This document shows, piece after piece, positions 41,452 to 51,956 of a stretch of DNA of 64,000 nucleotides. This DNA comes from an uncultured Candidatus Rokubacteria bacterium (GTDB taxonomy: Bacteria; Methylomirabilota; Methylomirabilia; Rokubacteriales; CSP1-6): the NCBI GenBank assembly GCA_963754315.1, contig CAVWFS010000003.1:1-64000 (forward strand), written 5' to 3'. Position 1 is the stretch's first letter; each line of letters begins with the position of its first letter. The notes under the pieces were generated by a model. The model did no database searches, had not been told where the DNA came from, and saw nothing but the letters and a program-made list of their open reading frames with translations. The position numbers and the translations under genes are program-made.

Positions 41452-42636
41452 TTGCCGAAGCTCACAATTCGGGAGCTTGACCTGACAGGCAAGCGGGTCT
41501 TCCTACGCGCCGACCTGAACGCACCCCTCGAAAAGGGGGTCGTCGCCGACGAGACGCGGCTGACGTCGGTCGTCCCGACCATCGAACACATCCTCGGTGC
41601 GGGTGCCTCCCTCGTCGTAGCCTCGCATCTTGGCCGGCCCAAGGGCGGGGCCGATCCGAAATACTCCCTGGGCCCGATCGCCGAACGCCTGGGGACCCTG
41701 CTCGGTCGTTCGGTTCCTCTGGCCTCCGACTGCGTGGGTCCGGAGACCACTGCGCGAGCCCAGGCGCTGGTGCCTGGTGAACTGCTGCTCCTCGAGAATC
41801 TGCGCTTCCACTCCGAGGAGGAGGCCAACGATGACGGCTTTGCCAAGTCCTTGGCCTCGCTAGGCGAGTGCTACGTCAACGACGCCTTTGCGGCCGCGCA
41901 TCGAGCCCATGCCTCCATCGCCGCCATCACGCGATATCTACAGCCGGCGGCGGCCGGCCTTCTCATGGAGGCGGAGCTGGCGGCGCTCGGGCGGATCCTA
42001 GAGTCCCCCGCGCGACCGGTAGCCGCCGTGCTCGGAGGGGCTAAGGTTTCCGACAAGCTCACGCTCGTCGAGAATCTGCTCGGGAAGGTCGACATCCTCC
42101 TCATCGGCGGCGGAATGGCGTACACGTTTCTCCGTGCGCTCGGTCACGACGTGGGGCGCTCGCTCCTCGAGCCGGACAAGGTCGAAATGGCGCGGGTGGC
42201 GCTCGAGTCGGCGCGACGCCGCGGCGTGCCGATGGTGTTGCCTGTCGACGCCGTGGTGGCACAGAGCGTAGACAGCCCGAGTGGTCGCGCGGTGAGCGTA
42301 CGCCAAATCCCGGCCGACCACATGGGGCTCGACATCGGCCCGCGAACCGTGGAACGCTTCACGGATGCCTTGAAGCCCGCTCGCACGATCGTCTGGAACG
42401 GCCCCCTGGGGGTGTTCGAGAGGGCCCCCTTTTCGGAAGGGACGCTCGGGGTGGCGCGAGCAGTGGCTGCCTCCGCGGCCTTCTCGGTGATCGGAGGCGG
42501 GGATACGGTCGCGGCGGTACGTCGCGCCGGGATCGAGGCGCAGATCGGCTACATCTCGACGGCTGGCGGAGCCTTTCTCGAGTTCCTCGAGGGGCGTGCG
42601 CTACCCGGCGTGGACGCCCTCACCGACCGATCGTAG
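41452..42636 (+). CDS. pgk: Phosphoglycerate kinase
   Basis: RADLNAP, SHLGRP, LENLRF, GGAKVSDK. Confidence 0.98.
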   Translation: MPKLTIRELDLTGKRVFLRADLNAPLEKGVVADETRLTSVVPTIEHILGAGASLVVASHLGRPKGGADPKYSLGPIAERLGTLLGRSVPLASDCVGPETTARAQALVPGELLLLENLRFHSEEEANDDGFAKSLASLGECYVNDAFAAAHRAHASIAAITRYLQPAAAGLLMEAELAALGRILESPARPVAAVLGGAKVSDKLTLVENLLGKVDILLIGGGMAYTFLRALGHDVGRSLLEPDKVEMARVALESARRRGVPMVLPVDAVVAQSVDSPSGRAVSVRQIPADHMGLDIGPRTVERFTDALKPARTIVWNGPLGVFERAPFSEGTLGVARAVAASAAFSVIGGGDTVAAVRRAGIEAQIGYISTAGGAFLEFLEGRALPGVDALTDRS

Positions 42637-42639
42637 ACC

Positions 42640-43422
42640 ATGCGCGTACCGCTCATCATCGGCAACTGGAAGATGCACGGGACAATCGCCGAGGCCCGCG
42701 CGCTGGCCACTGGCATCCGCGACGGGCTGAGCTCACGTTCGGATGCCGACGTGGCGCTGTGTCCGCCCCATACCGCTCTGGCTGCTGTGGGCGCGATCCT
42801 CGCCGGTAGCGCCATCGTGCTCGGCGCGCAGAACTGCCATTACGATGCTGCTGGCGCCCACACTGGGGAGATCTCGCCGACCATGCTCGTCGACCTCGGA
42901 GTGCGTGCCGTCCTGCTCGGTCACTCCGAACGTCGGCACGAGCAGGGGGAGCCCGATGATCTCATCAACCGCAAGGTACGGGCCGTGCTGGCGCACGACA
43001 TGACGCCGGTTCTGTGCGTGGGAGAAACCGACGAGGAACGCCGCCAGGGGCTCACCTTCACGACCGTCGAGGGACAATTGCGGGCGGGCCTGGCCGGCGT
43101 GCCGGCCGAGACGATGACGCGGATCGTTCTCGCGTACGAGCCGGTGTGGGCCATCGGGACGGGAGTGAACGCGACACCGATACAGGCCGCCGAGGTGCAT
43201 GGATACCTGCGCGGCCTCCTCTCTGAACTGGCCTCCAAGGAGACGGCCCAGACCGTGCGGATCCTCTATGGGGGCAGCGTCAAGGCCGACAACGCCGAAG
43301 CGTTGGTCGCTCAAGCGGAGATCGACGGTGCCCTGGTGGGCGGCGCCAGCCTCAACGCCCAGAGCTTCCTGGCCATCGTCAAGCACGCCGCCCGCGCCAG
43401 CCGCGGCCTCGAGGGAGATTGA
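42640..43422 (+). CDS. tpiA: Triosephosphate isomerase
   Basis: GNWKM, GHSERR, AYEPVWAIGTG. Confidence 0.98.
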   Translation: MRVPLIIGNWKMHGTIAEARALATGIRDGLSSRSDADVALCPPHTALAAVGAILAGSAIVLGAQNCHYDAAGAHTGEISPTMLVDLGVRAVLLGHSERRHEQGEPDDLINRKVRAVLAHDMTPVLCVGETDEERRQGLTFTTVEGQLRAGLAGVPAETMTRIVLAYEPVWAIGTGVNATPIQAAEVHGYLRGLLSELASKETAQTVRILYGGSVKADNAEALVAQAEIDGALVGGASLNAQSFLAIVKHAARASRGLEGD

Positions 43423-43788
43423 ATGTTCATTGCACTGGTTGTTCTGCACACCCTGCTCTGCATGGCGATTATCGGTATTGTTCTGCTCCAGTCGGGGAAG
43501 GGAGCGGACATCGGTTCCGCGTTCGGCGGAGCCGGTTCCCAGGCCGTGTTCGGCTCCATGGGGACGCCGACCGTGCTCAGCAAGATCACCGCGGCGGTGT
43601 CCGTGTTGTTCCTAGTGACGTCGTTCGGCCTCGCGATGCTGGGTAGCGCCGGCTCGAGTTCGGTCATTCGAGAAACACAAGCGCCAGCGGCAGCCCCTGT
43701 TCCCGCAGCGGCGCCCGTGCCCGATGCCCCGACTGCCCCCGCCGCCCCGGCTGCCCCTGCCCCGGCCGTGCCCGTGCCCGCCAAGTAA
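43423..43788 (+). CDS. secG: Preprotein translocase subunit SecG, Pro/Ala-rich tail
   Basis: VLLQSGKGADIGSAFGG; follows tpiA. Confidence 0.95.
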   Translation: MFIALVVLHTLLCMAIIGIVLLQSGKGADIGSAFGGAGSQAVFGSMGTPTVLSKITAAVSVLFLVTSFGLAMLGSAGSSSVIRETQAPAAAPVPAAAPVPDAPTAPAAPAAPAPAVPVPAK

Positions 43789-43792
43789 GGGG

Positions 43793-45454
43793 GTGCCATT
43801 GGCCGCCCGGCCCCTTCGCGGCCTCCTCCTCGGGGCGGTCGTGCTTGCCCTGATCGGCTGCCAGGGCGAGGTCGAGCGCGTGGGTGAGCGGGTGAGCGGC
43901 CGCGGCAGCGATGAGCCGGCCTACGGCGACACGTATGTCGATGCGATGCTTGGCAACATCACCGGTCTCATCCCCAACCTTACGAGCGACAACTATTCGC
44001 ACGAGGTCGGCAACCTTATCTACAACGGCTTGGTGACGTACGACCGTGACCTGAACCTCGTGGGTGACCTCGCCGAGTCGTGGACGATCAGCCCCGACTG
44101 CCGCCACCTCACGTTCCGCCTTCGGCAGGGTGTGACCTGGCACGACGGCCGCCCCTTCACGTCACGCGACGTGGTCTTCACCCAGGAGACGATGGTCCAC
44201 CCGAAGACACCGAGCGCGTACAAGGAAGACTTTCAGGCCATTGAACGCATCGAAGCCAAGGATCCCGCGACCGTCGAGATCCACTATCGGACGTCGTACG
44301 CCAAGGCTGTCCAGAGCTGGAGCATTGCCATGCTTCCGCGCCACCTGCTCGAGACGTGGGCGCTCGAGGGAAAGCTCCGGCAGTCGCCGGAGTTTCGCTC
44401 ACGACCAGTCGGGACAGGCCCGTATCGTCTCGTCGAGTGGAAGCCGGGTGAGAAAGTCGTACTGGTGGCCAACACCGCCTATTTCGAGGGCCGGCCCTAC
44501 CTCGGGCGCGTGGTCTACCGAGTCATCCCCAGCCAGGCCACCCAGTTCCTCGAGCTCAAGGCGAAGGGGATCGACGCCATGTCATTGACGGCCTTGCAAT
44601 ACAAGCGTCAGACCGACTATCCGGCCTTTCGTAAGGCCTTCAACAAATTCAAGTACGCCTCGAACGGCTACGTCTATTTCGGCCTCAATCTGAAAGACGA
44701 GCGCTTCGCCGATCGGCGCGTCCGGCACGCCTTCGCCCATGCCATCAACAAGAAGGAGCTGATCGATCATGTCATCCTCGGCCTGGGGGTGGAGGCTACC
44801 GGCCCCTTCAAGCCAGGCACCTGGGCCTTCAATCCCCACGTGACCACGTTTCGCTACGACCCGGCGCGGGCCACGGCCTTGCTGGCCGAAGCGGGCTGGA
44901 GGGAGAAGAACGGCGACGGTGTCCTGACCAGGAACGGCAAGCCGTTCACCTTCGAGCTCATCACCAATCAGGGCAACGACGAGCGCAAGAAGATCGCCGA
45001 GATCATCCAGGCGGCTCTGCGCGAGGTGGGGGTGGACGTCCAGATCCGCACCATCGAGTGGGCCACGCTCCTCAAGGAGTGGGTGCGCAAGCGGCGCTTC
45101 GAGGCCATCGTACTGGGGTGGGGCATCGGCAACGATCCCGATCAGTTCAGTATCTGGCATTCCTCCAAGACGGGCCCCGACGATTTCAACACCGTCTCCT
45201 TCGCCAATGCCGAAGTCGACGAGCTCCTGGAGAAGGGCCGGACCACGTGCGTGCAGGCCGAGCGGGCGCGCTACTATCATCGCGTCCACGAGATCCTCGC
45301 CTACGAGCAGCCCATCATCTTCCTCTACTTTCGCGATGCGCTGCCCGTGGTGACTTCACGCATCCACGGCATCGTCCCGGGACCGGCCGGTATCCGCTAC
45401 AACTTCACGGACTGGTTCGTGCCCAGGATGGAGCAGCGCTACACATCCGGCTAG
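43793..45454 (+). CDS. Peptide ABC transporter substrate-binding lipoprotein (family 5)
   Basis: Lipobox LIGC, FRLRQGVTWHDG, PVGTGPY, RVRHAFAHAIN. Confidence 0.93.
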   Translation: MPLAARPLRGLLLGAVVLALIGCQGEVERVGERVSGRGSDEPAYGDTYVDAMLGNITGLIPNLTSDNYSHEVGNLIYNGLVTYDRDLNLVGDLAESWTISPDCRHLTFRLRQGVTWHDGRPFTSRDVVFTQETMVHPKTPSAYKEDFQAIERIEAKDPATVEIHYRTSYAKAVQSWSIAMLPRHLLETWALEGKLRQSPEFRSRPVGTGPYRLVEWKPGEKVVLVANTAYFEGRPYLGRVVYRVIPSQATQFLELKAKGIDAMSLTALQYKRQTDYPAFRKAFNKFKYASNGYVYFGLNLKDERFADRRVRHAFAHAINKKELIDHVILGLGVEATGPFKPGTWAFNPHVTTFRYDPARATALLAEAGWREKNGDGVLTRNGKPFTFELITNQGNDERKKIAEIIQAALREVGVDVQIRTIEWATLLKEWVRKRRFEAIVLGWGIGNDPDQFSIWHSSKTGPDDFNTVSFANAEVDELLEKGRTTCVQAERARYYHRVHEILAYEQPIIFLYFRDALPVVTSRIHGIVPGPAGIRYNFTDWFVPRMEQRYTSG

Positions 45455-45494
45455 CCGACACCGCCGGGCTCACGACGCTACAATAGCGTGGCTC

Positions 45495-46484
45495 ATGCTC
45501 CTCTTCGTGCTCCGGCGCGCCCTGCTGTCGCTGCCCCTTCTGGTCGGCATCACGCTTGTCTCCTTCATCGTGATTCACCTCGCCCCCGGCGAGCCCACCG
45601 AGCTTCAGCAAGGCGACCTCAGCGCGCAGGGGAGCGCCGAGGTGCGCGCGCTTCTGCGGCAAGAGTACGGTCTCGACAAGCCGCTGGCCGTCCAGTACTG
45701 GGACTGGCTCACGAGGGTCATACGTCTCGACTTCGGGCGGTCGTTCGCGCCCGACGGACGCCCCGTGCTGGAGAAGATCAGGGAGCGGCTGCCCATCACC
45801 CTGCTTCTCAATACCATCGAGCTGATTATCATCGTGGCCATCGCTCTGCCCCTCGGGGTCGCCTCGGCCACGCGCCAGTACTCACCGTTCGACAAGTTCA
45901 CGACCGTGTTCGTGTTCCTCGGCTTCGCCACTCCTGACTTTTGGCTGGCTTTGCTCCTCATGATCCTCTTCGGAGTTCAGCTCGGCTGGCTGCCCATCTC
46001 CGGCCTGCGCTCGATGAACTGGGAATATCTGCCGGCCTGGAAGCAGCCGTGGGATCTGGTCAGCCATCTGATCCTGCCCATCGTGGTCGCGACGTTCGGT
46101 GGTCTCGCGGGATTTTCCCGCTACATGCGTCAGAGCATGCTGGAAGTCGTACGGCAGGACTTTGTGCAGACGGCACGGGCCAAGGGGCTCGCCGAGAGCG
46201 TGGTGATTGGCAAGCACGCGCTGCGCAATGCCGTCCTGCCCCTGGTGACCATCCTGGGACTGTCGTTGCCCGGGCTGATCGGTGGCAGCGTGATCGTAGA
46301 GACCATCTTCGCGATCCCCGGGATGGGACAGCTGATGGTGCAGGCGGTATTCGAACGCGACTACCCGGTCATCATGGGCAACCTCGTCATCGTGTCCGTG
46401 CTGACCCTGGCCGCCAATCTCCTGGCCGACGTCGCCTACGGGCTGGTCGATCCGCGCATCCGGGTCGCGCGGGGACGAAGGTAG
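45495..46484 (+). CDS. Peptide ABC transporter permease (OppB/DppB-like)
   Basis: YGLDKP, TARAKGL, HALRNA, VETIFAIPGMG. Confidence 0.94.
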   Translation: MLLFVLRRALLSLPLLVGITLVSFIVIHLAPGEPTELQQGDLSAQGSAEVRALLRQEYGLDKPLAVQYWDWLTRVIRLDFGRSFAPDGRPVLEKIRERLPITLLLNTIELIIIVAIALPLGVASATRQYSPFDKFTTVFVFLGFATPDFWLALLLMILFGVQLGWLPISGLRSMNWEYLPAWKQPWDLVSHLILPIVVATFGGLAGFSRYMRQSMLEVVRQDFVQTARAKGLAESVVIGKHALRNAVLPLVTILGLSLPGLIGGSVIVETIFAIPGMGQLMVQAVFERDYPVIMGNLVIVSVLTLAANLLADVAYGLVDPRIRVARGRR

Positions 46485-46485
46485 G

Positions 46486-47343
46486 ATGGGCCTCTGGAAG
46501 GCGTTCGTCAGGAATCGTCTCGCCGTCATCGGGGGGGTGGTGGTGCTGGGGTTGGTGACCCTGGCCGCGCTGGCGCCGTGGTTGGCGCCATGGGATCCCA
46601 ATCGCCCCGACGTGCGCAGGACGCTCGATCCCCCCTCCGCCCAGCACTGGCTCGGCACCGACCAACTCGGCCGCGACGTCCTCTCGCGCATGCTGTACGG
46701 GGCGCGCGTCTCGCTGGCGGTCGGCTTCATCTCCGTCGGCATCGCGGCCACCATCGGGGTGCTGCTCGGAGCGGCTGCTGGCCATCACGGCGGCTTTGTC
46801 GACGCCAGCATCATGCGGGTGGTGGATCTCATGCTGGTCTTCCCGCGCTTCTTCCTGCTCCTGGCGGTCCTGGCCTTTCTGCCTCCGTCCATCTGGACGA
46901 TCATGGTCGTGATCGGACTCACAGGCTGGATGGGGGTAGCCCGTCTGGTCCGCGCTGAGTTCCTGACTCTGAAGGAACGTGAGTTCGTGATCTGGTCCCA
47001 CGCCGTCGGAGCCAGCGCGCCGCGTGTCGTTTTTCGTCACGTCCTCCCGAACGCCATGGGCCCGGTGCTGGTCGCCATGACCCTCGGCATTCCCGCCGCG
47101 ATTCTGACCGAGTCCGGATTGTCGTTCCTGGGGCTAGGCGTGCAGCCCCCGTACGCCACGTGGGGCAATATCCTGAACGAAGGCAAGGACGCGATCGAGA
47201 TTGCCTGGTGGTTGTCGGTCTACCCCGGCCTCGCCATCCTGATCACCGTGCTCTCCTACAACCTCCTCGGGGAAGGGGTACGCGATGCGCTCGATCCCCG
47301 CCTCCGCCAGGTGACTGGTCGATTTGGGCGGCGCGACGCATAA
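46486..47343 (+). CDS. Peptide ABC transporter permease (OppC/DppC-like)
   Basis: [30 protein letters not shown]. Confidence 0.94.
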   Translation: MGLWKAFVRNRLAVIGGVVVLGLVTLAALAPWLAPWDPNRPDVRRTLDPPSAQHWLGTDQLGRDVLSRMLYGARVSLAVGFISVGIAATIGVLLGAAAGHHGGFVDASIMRVVDLMLVFPRFFLLLAVLAFLPPSIWTIMVVIGLTGWMGVARLVRAEFLTLKEREFVIWSHAVGASAPRVVFRHVLPNAMGPVLVAMTLGIPAAILTESGLSFLGLGVQPPYATWGNILNEGKDAIEIAWWLSVYPGLAILITVLSYNLLGEGVRDALDPRLRQVTGRFGRRDA

Positions 47344-47376
47344 GGTATACTCAAAAACTCGCTCGACCCTTGGTGA

Positions 47377-47461
<85 letters not shown>

Positions 47462-47468
47462 GTTGGAC

Positions 47469-47751
47469 ATGGGGAACCCTAGAAGGGTTCCCCAAACCCC
47501 TCCGGCGCTCGCGGCGCCCCGGGGGACCCGGGGCGCCGCTCGGGTCGTACGCGTGCGCGTCGGGGACCCTGGGAGGGTCCACCAAACCTCTCTGGCTCGC
47601 AGGACCCGGGCGCCGCTCGGGTGTACGCGTGCGCGTTGGGGACCCTGGGAGGGTCCACCAAACCTCTCTGGCTCGCAGGACCCGGGGCGCCGCTCGGGTG
47701 TACGCGTGCGCGTTGGGAGGCTAGGAGGGTCCACGAAAACCTCCGGCGCTC
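47469..47751 (+). repeat. Tandem array of about 3.5 units (91, 76, 77 bp and partial) of the two-hairpin repeat
   Basis: Units start at 47471, 47562, 47638 and 47715; core ggggaccctgggagggtccaccaaacctc...ggacccgggcgccgctcgggtgtacgcgtgcgcgt. Confidence 0.92.
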
Positions 47752-47834
47752 GGTCGTGCGCCTCGAACACACGTGCGTGCTCCGTGCCGGGGGACGCTCG
47801 TGGCATAATGAAGGAGTTCGAGCGCGAGACTTCG

Positions 47835-48746
47835 ATGCCGATGACGGTGCCACTTCCCGTGATCCAGCCCGGAGCGCTCCCCGAGGGCCGCAAGCCGCCT
47901 TGGCTCAAAGTGCGTGCCCCCGGGGGAGCGAACTACATGCGGCTCAAGCAGCGAATGCGGGAATGGAACCTTCACTCCGTGTGCGAGGAGGCGCACTGTC
48001 CCAACATCGGTGAGTGCTGGGAGGAGGCCACGGCAACCTTCATGATCCTGGGCGACGTTTGCACGCGAAACTGCGGCTACTGCGCCATCGCCCACGGTCG
48101 CCCGGCTTGGGAGGACCGCGAGGAGCCTGAGCGGATCGGCCGTGCCGTGGCCGACCTCGCCCTCGACTACGTGGTCATCACCTCCGTGAACCGCGACGAT
48201 CTTGCCGACGGTGGGGCTGCGCACTGGGCAGCGACCATCCGGGCTGTCCGCCGCCATGCTCCTCATTGCCGACTGGAAACCTTGATCCCGGATTTCCAGG
48301 GGCTGCCCGATTCGCTCGGGGCCGTCATCGAGGCCGGACCCGACGTCCTCAATCACAACACCGAGACGGTTCCGCGACTGTACAAGATCGCCCGGCACGG
48401 AGGCCGCTATGCGCGTGCCCTGGAGTTGTTCCGGCAGGCCCGCGTTGCTGCGCCAGAACTGCTCACGAAATCGGGGCTCATCCTCGGTCTGGGGGAGACG
48501 CGGGACGAGGTGGTGGCAACACTCAGGGATCTGCGGCAGGTAGACGTCAACATCATCACGCTCGGTCAGTATCTGCGGCCCTCGGCGCAACATTTGCCTG
48601 TGTCGAAGTACTACCACCCCGACGAGTTCGCGGAGCTGGCCGCCATCGGCCGTGCGCTCGGCTTCGCGCATGTCGAGGCCGGGCCCCTCGTGCGGAGCTC
48701 CTACCACGCCAAGCGCCAGACGCGCGACGCCGAGATGCCGCGATGA
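47835..48746 (+). CDS. lipA: Lipoyl synthase
   Basis: [33 protein letters not shown]; start may be 47808 or 47841. Confidence 0.96.
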   Translation: MPMTVPLPVIQPGALPEGRKPPWLKVRAPGGANYMRLKQRMREWNLHSVCEEAHCPNIGECWEEATATFMILGDVCTRNCGYCAIAHGRPAWEDREEPERIGRAVADLALDYVVITSVNRDDLADGGAAHWAATIRAVRRHAPHCRLETLIPDFQGLPDSLGAVIEAGPDVLNHNTETVPRLYKIARHGGRYARALELFRQARVAAPELLTKSGLILGLGETRDEVVATLRDLRQVDVNIITLGQYLRPSAQHLPVSKYYHPDEFAELAAIGRALGFAHVEAGPLVRSSYHAKRQTRDAEMPR

Positions 48747-48783
48747 TCACCCCTCGAAACGAGCGTGAGGGAGGCGCCTTGCC

Positions 48784-49149
48784 GTGACCACCCCGTTTGC
48801 CGAGTACGCGGCCATCCTGATGGTCTTCGCCTTTGCCGCGGTGGTCGCGGGGGCTCTGCTCTTCATCCCGACCCTGATCGCGCCACGCCGTCTCAGCCCG
48901 GTGAAGGCGGAGCCCTTCGAGTGCGGCAAAGACGCCATCGGGGTGTCGGAGGGGCGATTCGCCATCAAGTTCTCGACGATCGCCATCTTCTTCATCATCA
49001 TCGACATCGAGCTGCTCTTCGTGTGGCCCTGGGCCATGCTCTACCGTAAGCTCGGCGCCTTCGGCTTTCTCGAGATGCTGGTCTTTCTGGGAATTTTGAT
49101 GTTTGGGTTCGGCTACGTGTGGCGAAAGGGCGGGTTGGCATGGGAGTAG
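48784..49149 (+). CDS. nuoA: NADH:quinone oxidoreductase subunit A (operon 2)
   Basis: PFECG, FIIIDIE, KGGLAWE. Confidence 0.95.
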   Translation: MTTPFAEYAAILMVFAFAAVVAGALLFIPTLIAPRRLSPVKAEPFECGKDAIGVSEGRFAIKFSTIAIFFIIIDIELLFVWPWAMLYRKLGAFGFLEMLVFLGILMFGFGYVWRKGGLAWE

Positions 49150-49598
49150 GTAGCTTCTTCACAGCGAAGCTCGACGAGGCAATCGGCTGGGCGCGGAAGT
49201 ACTCCATCTTCCAGTATCCCTTCGTCACCGCCTGCTGCGGGATGGAGTACATGGCCACCGCCTGCTCGCACTATGACGTTGATCGCTTCGGAGCCGGGCT
49301 GCCGCGCTTTTCTCCGCGCCAGGCCGACGTGCTCTTCGTGGTGGGGACCATCAGCCACAAGATGGCGCCCGTTCTCAAGCGTATTTACGACCAGATGACC
49401 GAGCCCAAGTGGGTGGTGGCCTTCGGCGTGTGCACGTGCACGGGCGGCTTCTACAACAACTACGCGACCGTGCAGGGGATCGATACCATCATCCCGGTCG
49501 ACGTCTACATTCCCGGCTGCCCACCCCGCCCCGAGAGCGTCATCGACGGTCTCATGAAACTGCAGGACAAGATCGCCGTCAGCGCCCAGCGGTTCTGA
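49140..49598 (+). CDS. nuoB: NADH:quinone oxidoreductase subunit B (operon 2)
   Basis: [25 protein letters not shown]. Confidence 0.96.
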   Translation: MGVGSFFTAKLDEAIGWARKYSIFQYPFVTACCGMEYMATACSHYDVDRFGAGLPRFSPRQADVLFVVGTISHKMAPVLKRIYDQMTEPKWVVAFGVCTCTGGFYNNYATVQGIDTIIPVDVYIPGCPPRPESVIDGLMKLQDKIAVSAQRF

Positions 49599-49604
49599 GG
49601 GCAC

Positions 49605-50108
49605 GTGACGACGTCCTCCTCTCCCATCCTCGCTCGCCTGCAGGAGCGGTTCCCCTCCCATCTCATGCAGAGTCACGCCGACCGTGGCGAGCCCACCGTG
49701 GTGGCGACACGCGAGGGCCTGCTCGACGTGCTCCGGTTCGCCCGAGATGATAGAGAACTGGCCTTCGACATGCTGATGGATCTCACTGCGGTGGACTATC
49801 TCAAGTACCCCGGGCGGGAAGACGGCCCCCGCTTTGATGTCGTCTACCAGCTGTACTCGCTCCGGCACAATCACCGCCTGCGGGTCAAGGTGCGGGTCGA
49901 CGAGGATGATGCGGTGGTACCCACCGTGGTGCCGCTCTGGGCCATCGCGAACTGGCTGGAGCGTGAGGTGTGGGACATGTTCGGGATCCGCTTCGAGGGT
50001 CACCCTGATCTGCGTCGACTGCTCATGTACGAGGAGTTCGTCGGGTACCCGCTGCGCAAGGACTATCCGATCGATCGACGGCAGCCGCTCATCGGCCCCA
50101 AGGTCTGA
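49605..50108 (+). CDS. nuoC: NADH:quinone oxidoreductase subunit C (operon 2)
   Basis: WLEREVWDMFGIRFEGHPDLRR, PLRKDYP. Confidence 0.96.
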   Translation: MTTSSSPILARLQERFPSHLMQSHADRGEPTVVATREGLLDVLRFARDDRELAFDMLMDLTAVDYLKYPGREDGPRFDVVYQLYSLRHNHRLRVKVRVDEDDAVVPTVVPLWAIANWLEREVWDMFGIRFEGHPDLRRLLMYEEFVGYPLRKDYPIDRRQPLIGPKV

Positions 50109-50109
50109 C

Positions 50110-51483
50110 GTGGCTGCCACCAAGGTTCGCGAGTTCATGCTGGGGGAGGGAGGGGGCACCGGCGGCGGCAGGGAAAATCTCACCGTCGGCGTCGGCCCGG
50201 CCCATCCCGCCATGCATGGGATCATCCGCATCGTGGCCGAGCTGGACGGCGAGACCTTGGTGAAAGCCGATGTGGAGATCGGCTATCTCCACCGTGCCTT
50301 CGAGAAGGACTGCGAGGTGGGAGGCTGGAACAACGCAATTCCCTACACGGACCGGCTCAACTACGTCTCCCCGCTCATCAACAACTTCGCCTATGCCGCC
50401 GCCGTCGAGAAGCTCCTCGGCATCGAGGTCACCGAACGCTGCCAGTACATTCGTGTGATCATGAGCGAGATCTCAAGAATCTGCGATCACCTCACCTGCG
50501 TGGGCGCCTCCGCCATGGAGCTTGGCGCCTTCACGGTCTTCCTCTACATGATCAAGGCCCGGGAGTACCTGTGGGAACTGGTGGAGGACGTGACCGGAGC
50601 GCGCCTTACCATCTCCTACGGTCGGGTGGGGGGCGTCAAGGCCGATCTTCCCGAAGGCTTCGCGGACAAGGTCAAGAAGGCGTTCGGCGAGGTGCGGGAC
50701 GTACTGCGCGAGGTGCACCGCCTGCTCACCGGCAGCCGGATCTTCATGGACCGCATGGTTGGGATTGGAGCCCTCAGCCGGGAGGAAACCATCGCGTACG
50801 CGATCACCGGTCCGCTCCTGCGCGCGGTGGGCGTCGCCTACGACGTTCGCAAGGCGCAGCCGCACTGGGCTTACCCCCGACTGGATTTCGAGATCCCGAC
50901 CCAGAAGGACGGCGACAACTACGCCCGCTACCTGGTCCGCATGGCGGAGATGGAACAGTCCATGCGCATTGCCGAGCAGGCGCTGGCCACCCTGCCCGGG
51001 GGGGCCATCAACGTGGACTTCGAAGGTCGCGCCATCGATCCCGCCTCCTACGTGGATCGCGGGAAGCAGGGCAAGACCGACGGGCTCCTCCTGATCCCCA
51101 TCTCCTTGTCGCCCAACCTCCAGGGGCAGGATCGAGGGGCCTTGGAGAGGGTGAACGTCCGTGACAAGCGCGTGGTGCTGCCCTCGAAGAACGATGCGTA
51201 CGGCTCGATCGAGGGCCTGATGAATCACTTCATGCTGATCATGGAGGGCTACGGTATCCGCCCGCCGGCAGGCGAGGCGTACTTCTCCACGGAGGGCGCC
51301 AACGGCGAGCTGGGTTTTTACGTCGTCTCCGACGGCGGCGACCGACCGTATCGGGTACGGTGTCGTCCGCCTTGCCTGCCGCCGATGGCCGCGCTGCACC
51401 GGATGATCGAGGGTGAAATGGTCGCCGATCTGATCCCGACCTTCGGCTCCGTCAACATGATCGGGGGCGAGCTCGATCGATGA
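50110..51483 (+). CDS. nuoD: NADH:quinone oxidoreductase subunit D (operon 2), with an internal insertion
   Basis: GPAHPAMHG, GYLHRAFEK, DRLNY, GELDR. Confidence 0.95.
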   Translation: MAATKVREFMLGEGGGTGGGRENLTVGVGPAHPAMHGIIRIVAELDGETLVKADVEIGYLHRAFEKDCEVGGWNNAIPYTDRLNYVSPLINNFAYAAAVEKLLGIEVTERCQYIRVIMSEISRICDHLTCVGASAMELGAFTVFLYMIKAREYLWELVEDVTGARLTISYGRVGGVKADLPEGFADKVKKAFGEVRDVLREVHRLLTGSRIFMDRMVGIGALSREETIAYAITGPLLRAVGVAYDVRKAQPHWAYPRLDFEIPTQKDGDNYARYLVRMAEMEQSMRIAEQALATLPGGAINVDFEGRAIDPASYVDRGKQGKTDGLLLIPISLSPNLQGQDRGALERVNVRDKRVVLPSKNDAYGSIEGLMNHFMLIMEGYGIRPPAGEAYFSTEGANGELGFYVVSDGGDRPYRVRCRPPCLPPMAALHRMIEGEMVADLIPTFGSVNMIGGELDR

Positions 51484-51956
51484 CGGCGATCGCCTTCTCG
51501 GAGGAGCAGCTGGCCGAGGTTCGTCGCCTCCAGAGCCTCTATCCTGACCCGCGAGGGGCCCTCTTACCAGTCCTGCACATGGCGCAGGAGACCTTCGGGC
51601 ACGTGCCGCTCGAGGCAGAGGAGTACGTGGCGGCCCTCTTTGGGCTGGCGCCCGCGCACGTCCACGAGGTGGTGACGTTCTACACGCTGTACTTTCGGGA
51701 GCCTCCGGGGCGTCACGTGATCTCGGTGTGCCAGAACCTCTCCTGCCACCTGGCGGGGGCCCCTCGCATTCTCGCCCATCTGCAAGAGCGGCTCGGGATC
51801 ACGGTGGGGGAGACCATGCACGACGGGCGTGTGACCTTGCTGGCCGTGGAATGCCTGTGCGCGTGTGAGCATGCGCCGATGGCGCAGGTGGACGACCGCT
51901 ACGAGATGGACCTCACGCCGGAGAAGATCGATCGTCTCCTCGAGGGCCTCAGGTGA
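51480..51956 (+). CDS. nuoE: NADH:quinone oxidoreductase subunit E
   Basis: CQNLSC...ECLCAC 2Fe-2S motif. Confidence 0.95.
   Translation: MTAIAFSEEQLAEVRRLQSLYPDPRGALLPVLHMAQETFGHVPLEAEEYVAALFGLAPAHVHEVVTFYTLYFREPPGRHVISVCQNLSCHLAGAPRILAHLQERLGITVGETMHDGRVTLLAVECLCACEHAPMAQVDDRYEMDLTPEKIDRLLEGLR

Noticed and set aside
47469..47751. Possible CRISPR array
   Set aside because: Units are repeated along their whole length with no unique spacers, and no cas genes are present.
51019..51162. Intein in NuoD
   Set aside because: Too short; lacks a Cys/Ser start and His-Asn end.
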